Shown here: positions 31,739 through 41,874 of the stretch, piece after piece | Layout of the letters: the number at the start of each line of letters is the position of its first letter | How positions within the stretch are numbered: the stretch's first letter is position 1 | Assembly (NCBI GenBank): GCA_964016885.1 | Contig: OZ024753.1 | Span: 16,058,001-16,122,000 of the forward strand | DNA: 64,000 nucleotides | Direction: 5' to 3' | Origin: Eledone cirrhosa | Lineage: Eukaryota | Made by a program: the position numbers and the translations under genes | The notes under the pieces: model-generated | Told to the model about the DNA's origin: nothing | The model's input: the letters and a program-made list of their open reading frames with translations, nothing else | Databases searched by the model: none

Positions 31739-32194
31739 GTGGTTTGAAATATAATAGTTTATTATTATGACTGAATTACGCAGTCAAACTTTTTATATCC
31801 ATTATTATTAAAATATCTTTTGGAGATGTATTTTTATATTTTTAAATTTATAATTGAACTGCACACTTGCTCTTATTAACTCTATAAATGTTTCTTATGC
31901 TTACGATATATGTTTATTTACTGATTATGATATATGTCTTGTACTATACTTAACCTTTCTATAGCAGTATCTTTCTCTATAGCAGCGTGTTTTAAATTTA
32001 TAATGATTTTAGCTGCTCCTAATTATATTTCATTTATATGCTCATATTTTTCATATGCTTTTTCTGCCTTTGCTATCTTATCTTATATAAATGTTGATAC
32101 TTATGCTTACTTCCCATATTATGTATCCTCCTCATGTTCTTATGACAAACTTCTGATATTATATTTGTGTTTTAACCTTTATTATATACTCTGA

Positions 32195-32386
32195 GGGCGG
32201 TGGATTGGCAGTATCGGTAGAGGGTCGGACGCTATGCTTTAACGCACAGAGTTACGGCCTTTGCCATTCTGAGTTCGAATCTCGCCGAGGTTAACTTTGC
32301 CTTTCATCCTTACGTGGTCGATAAAATAAAGTACCAGTAATGCACTGGGTAATTGCTGGCCTTGTGCCAAAAAGTAGAAACAATTT
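32195..32386 (+). mobile_element. Full-length SINE family A inserted into a hammerhead core
   Basis: GGGCGGTGGATTGGCAGTATCGG, GAGTTCGAATCTC box B; TSD TATACTCTGA at 32185-32194 and 32387-32396. Confidence 0.92.
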
Positions 32387-32388
32387 TA

Positions 32389-32435
32389 TACTCTGATGAT
32401 TCCAGCCTTGTGCTAGGATGAAAGGATCATAAGTG
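32389..32435 (+). ncRNA. Type I hammerhead ribozyme at the 3' end of the Penelope-like element (imperfect)
   Basis: TACT-CTGATGA-T-TCCAGC-CTTGT-GCTAGGA-T-GAAA-GGATCA-TA/AGTG; stem I TACT:AGTG; one stem III mismatch. Confidence 0.65.
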
Positions 32436-32472
32436 ATTAAATGTTCTAATCATTCTTTGTTTGTTATTTATA

Positions 32473-32531
<59 letters not shown>

Positions 32532-32533
32532 AC

Positions 32534-32687
32534 AGTCTACTACAATTTGTCTACCAAATTTCACTGCCAAGGTCTGGTCAACCTGAGGTTATTAGAAACG
32601 CAACTTGACTAAAGTGCCATGGAGCAGACGGGACTGAACCTGAAAATATGGGGGTACCAAGCAAACTCCATAACTACACAGCCATGA
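32534..32687 (-). mobile_element. Old diverged tRNA-derived SINE (third family)
   Basis: Reverse complement reads CATGGCTGTGTAGTTA...GGTTCAGTCCC, resembling Pol III boxes A and B. Confidence 0.5.
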
Positions 32688-33369
32688 CTATGTCTAGTTT
32701 GTTCATTTTATTTGCTAAATAATCAAAGATATCTCTTCATCTAAGTTCAATATTGTTAAGTTCGTTTTAGTTTTTGATGTAAGTCTGGCGTCAAGCATGA
32801 ATAGAAACATTAACTATAAACAGAAAATCTTTTGTAAATTTCTGTGCAACTACTTAAAGATGGATTTTTTTTTCTTTTGCAAGTAAGAATTATGAGAACT
32901 ATAAAAAATATTTTCTCCTCTTCCACAGAAAAGAATGACACATCTTTATGTCAAGTATTTACAAGTTAAATACCATTCTCTTTGAAATAAAATAATTTTA
33001 AATATTATTTCATATTTGTTCTGAATAATGTCGCTTTTATTTCAGTATCTTCTGTCAGCTAGCGCCACCTACAAGTGACAGACATGGCATCTAATGAATC
33101 AATAGAGATCTCTGATCAATACAAAGAATGATATCAACTTAACAGTCAGTCAGGTATCTTATTGACACAGATTGTCAGATCATTCACATCTTGGATTGCC
33201 AATAGCTGTGTGTGTGTGTGTGTATTTATATATATACATCAGGTTTTTCAATAGATCTGTAGTTTACTGAGGAAGGTGCCATATGGCTCCTGAGTCACCC
33301 ATCTTTCAAACATTCATAACTGAGCCTAATCAATAAAAACCTCATGTGAAACCTCATTTTCTTCTTCTT

Positions 33370-33401
<32 letters not shown>

Positions 33402-33431
33402 TTTATATATATATATATATATACATATATA

Positions 33432-33605
33432 CGAGCGCAATCCCAAAAGTAAGGTCTCCTTCTGATATTGCAACTTTTCCGTTAAAATCCTGTGGATGGT
33501 GCTTCGCGAAACCTCAGGAACCAAAATGCAGAGAGCATCCAGAGTGATCCGCCGATCTTTACACGTTTTCCTCGGAAGGAGACCTTACTTTTGGGATTGC
33601 CCTCG
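33432..33605. mobile_element. Tc1/mariner-type MITE
   Basis: 28-bp TIRs CGAGCGCAATCCCAAAAGTAAGGTCTCC and GGAGACCTTACTTTTGGGATTGCCCTCG, flanked by TA. Confidence 0.9.
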
Positions 33606-33611
33606 TATATA

Positions 33612-33821
33612 ATAACCGTGAAATTCGCACTTGGCGGTAGCATTCAACGGGAGCTCCATTCTCAATGGCTGCCAAGCCAAGATTGAGTATCCCAGCGAAG
33701 CGTGCACATGCTTGTTTGGGAGTGAAGGGAGCACCAATCACAACAGTGTTGCCAACAGCCATACGAACAGTTTCTCTGCATCCCCATCGCTTTGGAGACC
33801 TTACTTTTGGGATTACCGTCG
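33612..33821. mobile_element. Second fragment of the same MITE family carrying only a right TIR
   Basis: GGAGACCTTACTTTTGGGATTACCGTCG-TA at 33794-33823. Confidence 0.75.
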
Positions 33822-34151
33822 TATATATATTATGTGACAACAAAGCCATTAGCAGAGAAGGATGGACAGACAAATTTACTTTCTTCTCTGATGGGAAAAT
33901 TTACTTTTCTTCCCTTCTTTATATTTTTTGTTATTATTATTATTTTCACTATTTCTACAAATATGCAACTTAATATTCTGCATATCTGCAATTGACAATG
34001 CATTTAATGCTGAAACTGGTATTGTAAATAAATTAATGTTTTGATATTTCACTAAAAATATCTCTTCAATATTTACTACAGAAAAAATCTTTTTCCTTTC
34101 TACTATTTGTTTTTATATATATCAACTTGTGTGTTACCTTTCTACATTCGT

Positions 34152-34193
<42 letters not shown>

Positions 34194-34473
34194 AGGGCAT
34201 CCTGTCATAGAAACTAATCCCAAATCAGTTCTGTGAGAGCAAAACATGGTTCACCAGCCTGGATGTCTCAACAGGACATCACATCCTACGCATGCTAGTG
34301 AAGAAAATGGCTGTTAAAGGGTAATAATGATGATGATAAACACACACCCACACACACACACATGTAGGAAACGGTCAACTTTTTTCGTCAAATCGGACCG
34401 AGGAAACAATGTTTCCATTGGTCTTTCTTTCCAATTGCTAATACTATCTATCGGTCGCAACTCCAGATAGAAG

Positions 34474-34591
34474 GAGCAACGTGAAATAAAGTGTCTTGCT
34501 CAAGGACATAACGCATCGCCCGGTCCAGGAATCGAACTCACAACCTCACGATTGCGAATCCAGTTTTCTAACCACTCAGCCACATGCCTTC
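34474..34591 (-). mobile_element. SINE related to family B (5' tRNA-like part)
   Basis: GAAATAAAGTGTCTTGCTCAAGGAC...GGAATCGAACTC...TAACCACTCAGCCACATGCC. Confidence 0.75.
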
Positions 34592-34597
34592 ACACAT

Positions 34598-34645
<48 letters not shown>

Positions 34646-34658
34646 ATTATTATTACTA

Positions 34659-34693
<35 letters not shown>

Positions 34694-34781
34694 AGTAGAA
34701 GTGGTATGTTTATAACTGATTTAGAGCACTCAACAAGTTATTGGAGTAAATATTCGATACTATATTTATAAAACCCTATTT

Positions 34782-34844
34782 ATTTTATTATGTATATTTC
34801 AAGGGCAACCAAGACAATATTGGTATGCTTTCATCAGATAAAAT
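34782..34844 (-). ncRNA. Type I hammerhead ribozyme, minus-strand copy
   Basis: Reverse complement of the 34978-35040 motif. Confidence 0.75.
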
Positions 34845-34977
34845 ACAAAGTTTGTTTTAAAAATAGAGACATACCCATGAAAATCATAGCTTATCGGTTG
34901 GAAATGTATCCAGTGAATTTCCAACCGATAAGGTATGATTTTCATGGGTATGCCTCTATTTATAAATCAAACTTTGT

Positions 34978-35040
34978 ATTTTATCTGATGAAAGCATACC
35001 AATATTGTCTTGGTTGCCCTTGAAATATACATAATAAAAT
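34978..35040 (+). ncRNA. Type I hammerhead ribozyme
   Basis: ATTTTAT-CTGATGA-AAG..CCAA..TTGG..CTT-GAAA-TATAC-ATA/ATAAAAT; perfect 7-bp stem I; predicted cleavage after 35033. Confidence 0.75.
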
Positions 35041-35080
35041 AAATAGGGTTTTATAAATATAGTTTCCATTTATTTAATAT

Positions 35081-35120
<40 letters not shown>

Positions 35121-35279
35121 AAATATATGAGTGGTGTGCTCATGTGTGGAGTTGCTATACAACAGTTTATAAAATATAATTGTTTCTACTTTTGGCACAA
35201 GGCCAGCAATCACCCAGTGCATTACTGGTACTCAAGGATGGAAAAAGAAGTTGTCATTAGTTGCTACAGATGCAGATGT

Positions 35280-35714
35280 ATATCATCATCATCACTGTTT
35301 TACGTCTGTTCTTCCACACTAGCATGGGTTAGACAGGTTGTCCTGTTGTGCACAGTGTCCGGTCGCCTGACCTTGTCTTGCTCATACAGGAACTGATTCT
35401 GGCTTGATTTCTACAGCTGGATGCCCTTCCTAACACCAACCTCATTTACAGTGAGTGCTGGGTGCTTTTGTTCCGTGGCACCTACACGTCCACTTTACAC
35501 TGTGGGCTGGGTGCTTTTTTGCCGTGGCACCTCCACGACCACTTTGCAGTGGAATGATAGGGACCCCAGTCCCTATCATCTCATTTCTACAGCTGAGTAA
35601 ACTGGAGCAATGTGAAATAAAGTGTCTTGCTCAAGGCAACAACACATCACCCGGTCTAAGAATTGAACTCACAACCTTTCGATTTCAAGCCCAATGCTCT
35701 AACCACTAAGCCTT

Positions 35715-35715
<1 letters not shown>
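35280..35715 (-). mobile_element. SINE family B with two copies of the internal 49-bp unit
   Basis: (CAT)n tail, CTACAGCTGGATGCCCTTCCTAACACCAACC, GAAATAAAGTGTCTTGCTCAAGG, TAACCACTAAGCC. Confidence 0.85.
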
Positions 35716-35767
<52 letters not shown>

Positions 35768-36112
35768 CAAGTAAAGAAACTTTGATTGATCAACTGACTG
35801 CAGCTGTAAAGCACTCCACAACTTACAGCAGTCATGTCAAACTGAGGGTCTCCTCAGGGCCTCACACAACAACTAATTGCGCACTTTACAACTAATTTTT
35901 TTTTTATTTTATATTACGAAGATAAAACACACTCGCGTTGTAAAAACCTTTGTGCCAGCCACAGGTGTGTTTGTAAAGGGCCACATGTTTGACATGCCTG
36001 ATTATAAGGTATCAAACAGAATGTCAATATTAAGGTTACATCCTCTATTATATATATATATAATACTGGAATTGAATAATCAAAACCGTACGGTATGTCA
36101 CATATCAAATCT

Positions 36113-36186
36113 TATATTTTGTCTGATGAAAGATGAAAACGTACTTAAACACCATTGTACCTTTGAAATATGTATAATAAAATATA
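36113..36186 (+). ncRNA. Type I hammerhead ribozyme
   Basis: TATATTTTGT-CTGATGA-AAG..GTAC..GTAC.CTTT-GAAA-TATGT-ATA/ATAAAATATA; 10-bp stem I; predicted cleavage after 36176. Confidence 0.75.
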
Positions 36187-36432
36187 TATTTTGATTATGA
36201 GAATATTTTTTCATTTATTAACATTTTGAATTATATATATATAGAGAGAGAGAGAGAGAAAGAGAAAGAGACAGATAGAGAGATAAAAGAGTTAGTTAGT
36301 TTCACAACAAATTGGCAAACCTTAGAAGACAGGTATGTCTGAGGTGAGAACTGGACTTGTCATTTGGACTGAACGCTCTACCGAACTCGGATATAACCTC
36401 CCATCTTTTTACCTATATATATAACTTCAATA

Positions 36433-36621
36433 ATTGTTTCTCCCTTTGGCACAATGCCAGTATTTACCCCAGTGCATTACTGGTACTTTATTTTATCGAC
36501 CCCATAAGGATGAAAAGGCAAAGTTAACCTCTGCGAGATTTTAACTCAGACCATAAAGGACCGTAACTATGCTACAAAGGATGGTGACCGACAATCTACT
36601 GATACTGACAATCCACCGCCC
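36433..36621 (-). mobile_element. SINE family A
   Basis: Full-length reverse-complement match. Confidence 0.87.
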
Positions 36622-36793
36622 TAAACTTTTATAACTTTAATAATAATAACAATGTTCCTATTATTGGGTATATACTTAACCAGAAGGTTTAAAACTCAAT
36701 GCAATAGGGTTCATGGAGAGATGATATATAAAGAATGAGCAACATCAAAGCGTCTGTATGCTGCCAAACGCGTTTCAACCGATTTTCAGCCTA

Positions 36794-36828
36794 TTCCTGA
36801 TGATTGAAGTAGAAAATCATATTAGAAC
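36794..36828 (+). ncRNA. Candidate minimal hammerhead ribozyme
   Basis: TTC-CTGATGA-TTGAAGTA-GAAA-ATCATAT-TA/GAA; intact core but only a 3-bp stem I and 1-bp stem II. Confidence 0.35.
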
Positions 36829-37392
36829 TTTACATAAAAATTCTTTCTTCTTAAGAAAATTCTAATCTTTGTGATTTTATGATCTCACATCATTGGGATG
36901 GATCTCGGTAGAAACGTGTGTTAATTTGATAGTATCTCAACTCTTTGGTGTTCCTTATACACACACACACATATATATATATATATATCATTGAGTATAC
37001 ACATACACATTGGTGAATATAGACATACATATATATATCTTGAATTTATACATACACATACACACACACATATATATATATATCATTGAGTTTACACATA
37101 CACATTGGTGAATATAGACATACACATATATATCTTGAATTTATACATACACACACACACAGATATATATATATATCATCATCATCATCATCGTTTAACG
37201 TCCATCTTCCACGCTAGCATGGGTATATATCATCATCATCATCATTTTACGTCCGCTTTTCCCTGCTTGCAAGGGTATATATATATATATATATATAAAG
37301 ATTTACATATACATAAAGTCATAGATATATATGTGGCAACCAGTCACGTGGCTCAATGAAGAATTAATAAATTAAATAATCAGAGCAATATA

Positions 37393-38106
37393 TCATAAAT
37401 CATGTCCTTAGAATTATTAGATAAAATATATACCATTTCCTCTCCCAATTAGCATAATTAACCATATAAAAAATCAATTAGACCAGGCTATAAGAATAAT
37501 GGCTCCTATGAAGAAATTTCCGACAAATAACCGAAAGCGGCCTCTTCGCGGTGGCCCCAATAGAGTATTTATCCAACATTTCAACAGCATGTAGAAACTG
37601 ACTAAATATACCGTCAACCATACACAATTAGGTGTAAATTCAAACTTAGAAGAAATGCGTACATACCGTAATTATATCTCTACCATGGTTTCGTCCGTAT
37701 TTTTAGACATCCAATTATCAGGATATCCAGAGTAACAGACTCATCAGGAGAAAACTCAAAATTAGACATTTAATTTTCCAAATATTAATTTTCTAAAAAT
37801 ACGGACGAAACCATGGTAGAGATATAATTACGGTATGTACACATTTCTTCTAAGTTTGAATTTACACCTAATTGTGTATGGTTGACGGTATATTTAGTCA
37901 GTTTCTACATGCTGTTGAAATGTTGGATAAATACTCTATTGGGGTCACCGCGAAGAGGCCGCTTTCGGTTATTTGTCGGAAATTTCTTCATAGGAGCCTT
38001 TATTCTTATAGCCTGGTCAAATTGATTTTTTATATGGTTAATTATGCTAATTGGGAGAGGAAATGGTATATATTTTATCTAATAATTCTAAGGACATGAT
38101 TTATGA
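37393..38106. repeat. Long inverted repeat, arms about 315 bp, 84-nt spacer
   Basis: 37393-37707 is the reverse complement of 37792-38106 with few mismatches. Confidence 0.95.
37677..37751 (-). ncRNA. Type I hammerhead ribozyme at the apex of the inverted repeat
   Basis: Minus strand: TCTC-CTGATGA-GTCTGT...ACGGAC-GAAA-CCATGG-TA/GAGA; canonical G10.1:C11.1, palindromic stem III ACCATGGT, GUA site. Confidence 0.82.
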
Positions 38107-38354
38107 GCAAGACACTTTATTTCACATTGCTCCAGTTTACTCAGCTGTAGAAATGAGATGATAGGGACAAGAGTCCCTATTATTCCACTGCAAAGTGTTC
38201 GTGTAGGTGCCACGGCTAAAAAGCACCCAGCACTCACTGTAAATGAGGTTGGTGTTAGGAAGGGCATCCAGCTGTAGAAATCAAGCCAGAATCAGTTCCT
38301 GTCCCACCCTTGCAAGCAGGGAAAAGCGGACATAAAATGATGATGATGATGATG
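38105..38354 (+). mobile_element. 5'-truncated SINE family B
   Basis: GAGCAAGACACTTTATTTCAC...CCACCCTTGCAAGCAGGGAAAAGCGGAC-(TGA)n. Confidence 0.88.
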
Positions 38355-38417
38355 ATATATATATATATATATATATATAAAACGAAGGAAGTGTGGTAAG
38401 GAACCAGGCGGACCATA

Positions 38418-38448
<31 letters not shown>

Positions 38449-38488
38449 TATAAATATTAATAAAATAGATGTTCTTTTGATCAATTAA

Positions 38489-38541
38489 ATTTTATTATAC
38501 ATATTTCGGAGGTACAGCAGTACGTCCTCATCAGACAAAAT
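38489..38541 (-). ncRNA. Type I hammerhead ribozyme
   Basis: Minus strand: ATTTTGT-CTGATGA-GGACGTAC-TGCT-GTACCTCC-GAAA-TATGT-ATA/ATAAAAT; all three stems form and the core is intact. Confidence 0.85.
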
Positions 38542-38604
38542 ATAATGATACATGACATACCCTGAGATGTTAAATGGTTAAGATGTAATCAAGGTATATA
38601 TATA

Positions 38605-39038
38605 TACAATAAAATACCTCTAGGAAAGAGATTTTTACGAGCCGTATATTATAACTGAATATAAAAGAAAAACGAACACAGATATATACATATATGTGTT
38701 CAAATTGAAAGGGACCAGATTCACTAAGGTGAAAAAAATACTAACTGTAGACAATAGGGTTTGCCAGACTCAATTTAAGAATAAATCAAGAAAGTAAATA
38801 CAAACCGGAATTGTGGTAACTACCAATCACAATTCATGTTTGTATTAATTTTCTTGATTTATTCTTAAATTGAGTCTGGCAAACCCTATTGTCTATAGTT
38901 AGTATTATTTTCACCTTAGTGAATCTGGTCCCTTTCAATTTGAACACATACATGTATATATCTGTGTTCGTTTTTCTTTTATATTCAGTTATAATATACG
39001 GCTCGTAAAAATCTCTTTCCTAGAGGTATTTTATTGTA
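38605..39038. repeat. Fold-back inverted repeat, arms about 210 bp, directly upstream of the minus-strand hammerhead
   Basis: TACAATAAAATACCTCTAGG... pairs with ...CCTAGAGGTATTTTATTGTA; apex near 38820. Confidence 0.95.
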
Positions 39039-39109
39039 AGGGACTATTTTGAGTTTCTAACTCAATATATATACCTTTGATATGTATGTATATATATAGA
39101 GAGAGATAG

Positions 39110-39157
<48 letters not shown>

Positions 39158-39585
39158 AAGTTGGCAACAGGTATAGTTAAAATCTGACATTTGCATATGA
39201 ATGGATGAGTTTAACATTATTGAGTAGACTTAGATACAACTAGTACTAGCAGTGAAACCCATGTTAGTTCTGTCAACTTGTTATATATATATTCATTTTA
39301 TTAAGGCTTGATAGTGAGTTTTGCCTGTTTATCACAGGGTCATCCAATATAGCCTTAATAATAAAACTGTAGTTCGGTTTTGAGTACTCTCTTCTTTCAC
39401 CCATCACCAACATACATATATATATATATATATATATTTCTAATGACAGACATATCTATGTATGATGTGAGTTCCCAGATCTCATCAGAGTGATTTCAAC
39501 TTAAAATTGCTAGAATGTCTGGTAATGTAACTTGGCAAGTCTTTCTTTATAAATGTGGAGGCTGATATATATATATATATATGGA

Positions 39586-39688
39586 AATGTTTGACCCCGA
39601 CGGCAGAGCTCAAGCCGTTTTGACGGCTACTTCTAGTCCAGAAATAGCCGTCGAAACAGCCTGAGCTCTGCCGTCGGGCTCAAACATT
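39586..39688. repeat. GC-rich hairpin of about 100 bp
   Basis: AATGTTTGACCCCGACGGCAGAGCTCAAGCCGTTTTGACGGCTA pairs with TAGCCGTCGAAACAGCCTGAGCTCTGCCGTCGGGCTCAAACATT. Confidence 0.9.
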
Positions 39689-39925
39689 ATCCTATTACCC
39701 ACTCTACTACCCTAAGTATTGAGTACTCTGGTGCATTTTGGTCCATCTGGTTCCTTACCACAACTCCTTCATTATATATATATATATATATGTCCCACCC
39801 TTGCAAGCAGGGAAAAGCGGACGTAAAATGATGATGATGATGATGATGATCATCATCATCATCGTTTAACGTCCATCTTCCACGCTAGCATGGGTTTGGA
39901 CGGACAGTGGGATCATGGGTTTGGA

Positions 39926-39964
<39 letters not shown>

Positions 39965-40102
39965 CACACAGACACACACCTATTGACACACCAAGATGTG
40001 TATATATGTGAAAGATTTTTAATCTGCATAAGGCATTCTGTATATAAGTATGAGTAAATATCGTATATTTCAGAGACACCCACACATTTACATATGTGTA
40101 TA

Positions 40103-40137
<35 letters not shown>

Positions 40138-40198
40138 CCCAAGGATCTAAAACCATCAACACCAAAAACCCAGAGCTGGCATATCTAAGAACTTACTA

Positions 40199-40254
40199 AC
40201 TGCCTGATGAGGTCATAGCCATACAATGGCTATCATCAAAATATATATAGCAGT
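40199..40254 (+). ncRNA. Type I hammerhead ribozyme with a G12A core mutation (probably inactive)
   Basis: ACTGC-CTGATGA-GGT-C-ATAGCCAT..ATGGCTAT-C-ATC-AAAA-TATAT-ATA/GCAGT. Confidence 0.72.
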
Positions 40255-40402
40255 AAATAAAGGATTATGAGTTCATGCAATTGACTTATGTTTCGTCACT
40301 ATATATATATATATATACATATGCATATATATACATATACACATATACATATATACATACATATACATATATACATATACATATATACATATAAATATAT
40401 AC

Positions 40403-40433
<31 letters not shown>

Positions 40434-40451
40434 CATATATATGTACATATA

Positions 40452-41587
40452 CAGGTGAATCTATGGCAAAACTAGAGAGGAAGTTCCAAACATGGAAGCA
40501 TGGCCTTGAATCAAAAGGCCTTAGAGTCAACTTGTCTAAGACTAAGGTTCTAGTATGTAGAAAGGAGAATAGGGCACAGGTACCCTCTGGGAAATGGCCT
40601 TGCTCAGTGTGTAAGAAAGGAGTAGGCTGAAACTCCATTCTATGTCCCAAATGTAAACTATGGGTACATCAAAGATGTAGTGGGATCAGAGGTAAGCTAT
40701 CTAAGAACATAGATTTTATATGTGACCGATTGCTCAGGTGCAGTAAGTAGCAAGGACCTACTGGATGATATCTCCTTCAACTGCCCAGATGGTTCTATAG
40801 AAATAGTAGACACCTTCCATTACCTGGGTGACAAAATCAGTAGTGGAGGAGGTTGCACTGAAAGTGTAGTAGCCAGAGTTAGAACAGGATGGAAAAAGTT
40901 CAGAGAGCTAATACCAGTGTTGGCCACAAGGGGTTTTTCTCTAAAAATGAAAGGCAGATTGTATGATGCATGTATACGATCGGCGATATTACATGGTAGT
41001 GAGACTTGGGCATTGTGTGCTGAAGACTTTTGTAGATTAGAAAGAAATGAAGCTTGCATGCTCCGATTGGATGTGTAATAGTAACGTGTGCAAAGCATAA
41101 ACGAATTAAGAGGGAGACTAACCATAAGAGGTATCCAATCTTGTGTTCTGGAGAGGAGATTGCATTTGTATGGACATGTGATACGTATGAAGGATGACAG
41201 CTGTATGAAAAAGTGCAGGGCAATGAAAATTGATGGAAGCTGCGGAGTGGGTAGACCAAGGGTGATAAAACTGACCTTGCCTACCTACACCTCTCTAAGA
41301 CAATGACACTGGATCAAGACCTTTGGTGCCATGCAGTTGTACAGAAGACCCGACTACCATTTCATACAAATCTACAGTCAGTAGGCACCACTTAACTCAA
41401 TGTACACCTTACCCCCCACACCCTACCCCACCCTCCCACTCCCGTTCCGTCCACTGTGTCGATGACAACAGCCCACACTCTAAGCTGGCCATGCAGGAGA
41501 CACGGTGAAAAGGCTCCCAGTCCACACTGTAAATGTGGTTGGTGTTAGGAAGGGCATCCAACTGTAGAAATCAAGCCAGAATCAGTT
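40452..41587 (+). mobile_element. 5'-truncated, frameshifted RTE-clade LINE (family with 3' UTR)
   Basis: [61 protein letters not shown]. Confidence 0.92.
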
Positions 41588-41837
41588 AAAAACTAAGGAT
41601 TTAAAATTAAAATCAAATGTTTCGAGTAAATGTTCTTCCATCCTTTGGTGGTAAGAGAAGATAGTTGTTTTTTGAAAAACATCCTGTGTGTGTGTATTGT
41701 GTTAATTGACTGGTCAAGAGTTCAAACGGGGATGGGGAATTGTAAGTTAGAGGTAAGTTCTGTGGAAGCAGCAGGAGTGTAGGAGAAATTCTATTATTGG
41801 AATGTGGTTTTAGGGAGTGTGTGTGTGTATATATATG

Positions 41838-41868
<31 letters not shown>

Positions 41869-41874
41869 ATATAT

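Larger units (their letters stand above)
27270..32460 (+). mobile_element. Decayed Penelope-like element (RT, C-terminal GIY-YIG endonuclease, long AT-rich 3' region ending in a hammerhead), interrupted by nested insertions
   Basis: FIQFDINSYYTSI (~27330), GLYRDD (27553-27570), VNFLDVTL, YVHTNSNHP, FNPPF, KISYS..PN, CNC..C...C, IIY..YIGST..FK.RY..H, CNLCLLE, LLNRKSEIFSTCRH. Confidence 0.9.
34759..35063. repeat. Fold-back inverted repeat, arms about 147 bp, 11-nt loop
   Basis: 34759-34905 is a near-perfect reverse complement of 34917-35063. Confidence 0.95.

Noticed and set aside
33046-33153. Candidate 108-bp exon (TTTTATTTCAG acceptor, CAG/GTATCT donor) containing a CTCF-like GCGCCACCTA
   Set aside because: Stop codons in all three frames; motif match is partial; needs RNA-seq or ChIP data
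33260-33296. CTGAGGA followed by hairpin AGGTGCC-ATAT-GGCTCCT
   Set aside because: Followed by GAGT rather than GAAA, with no stem I or III; at most a 5' half remnant
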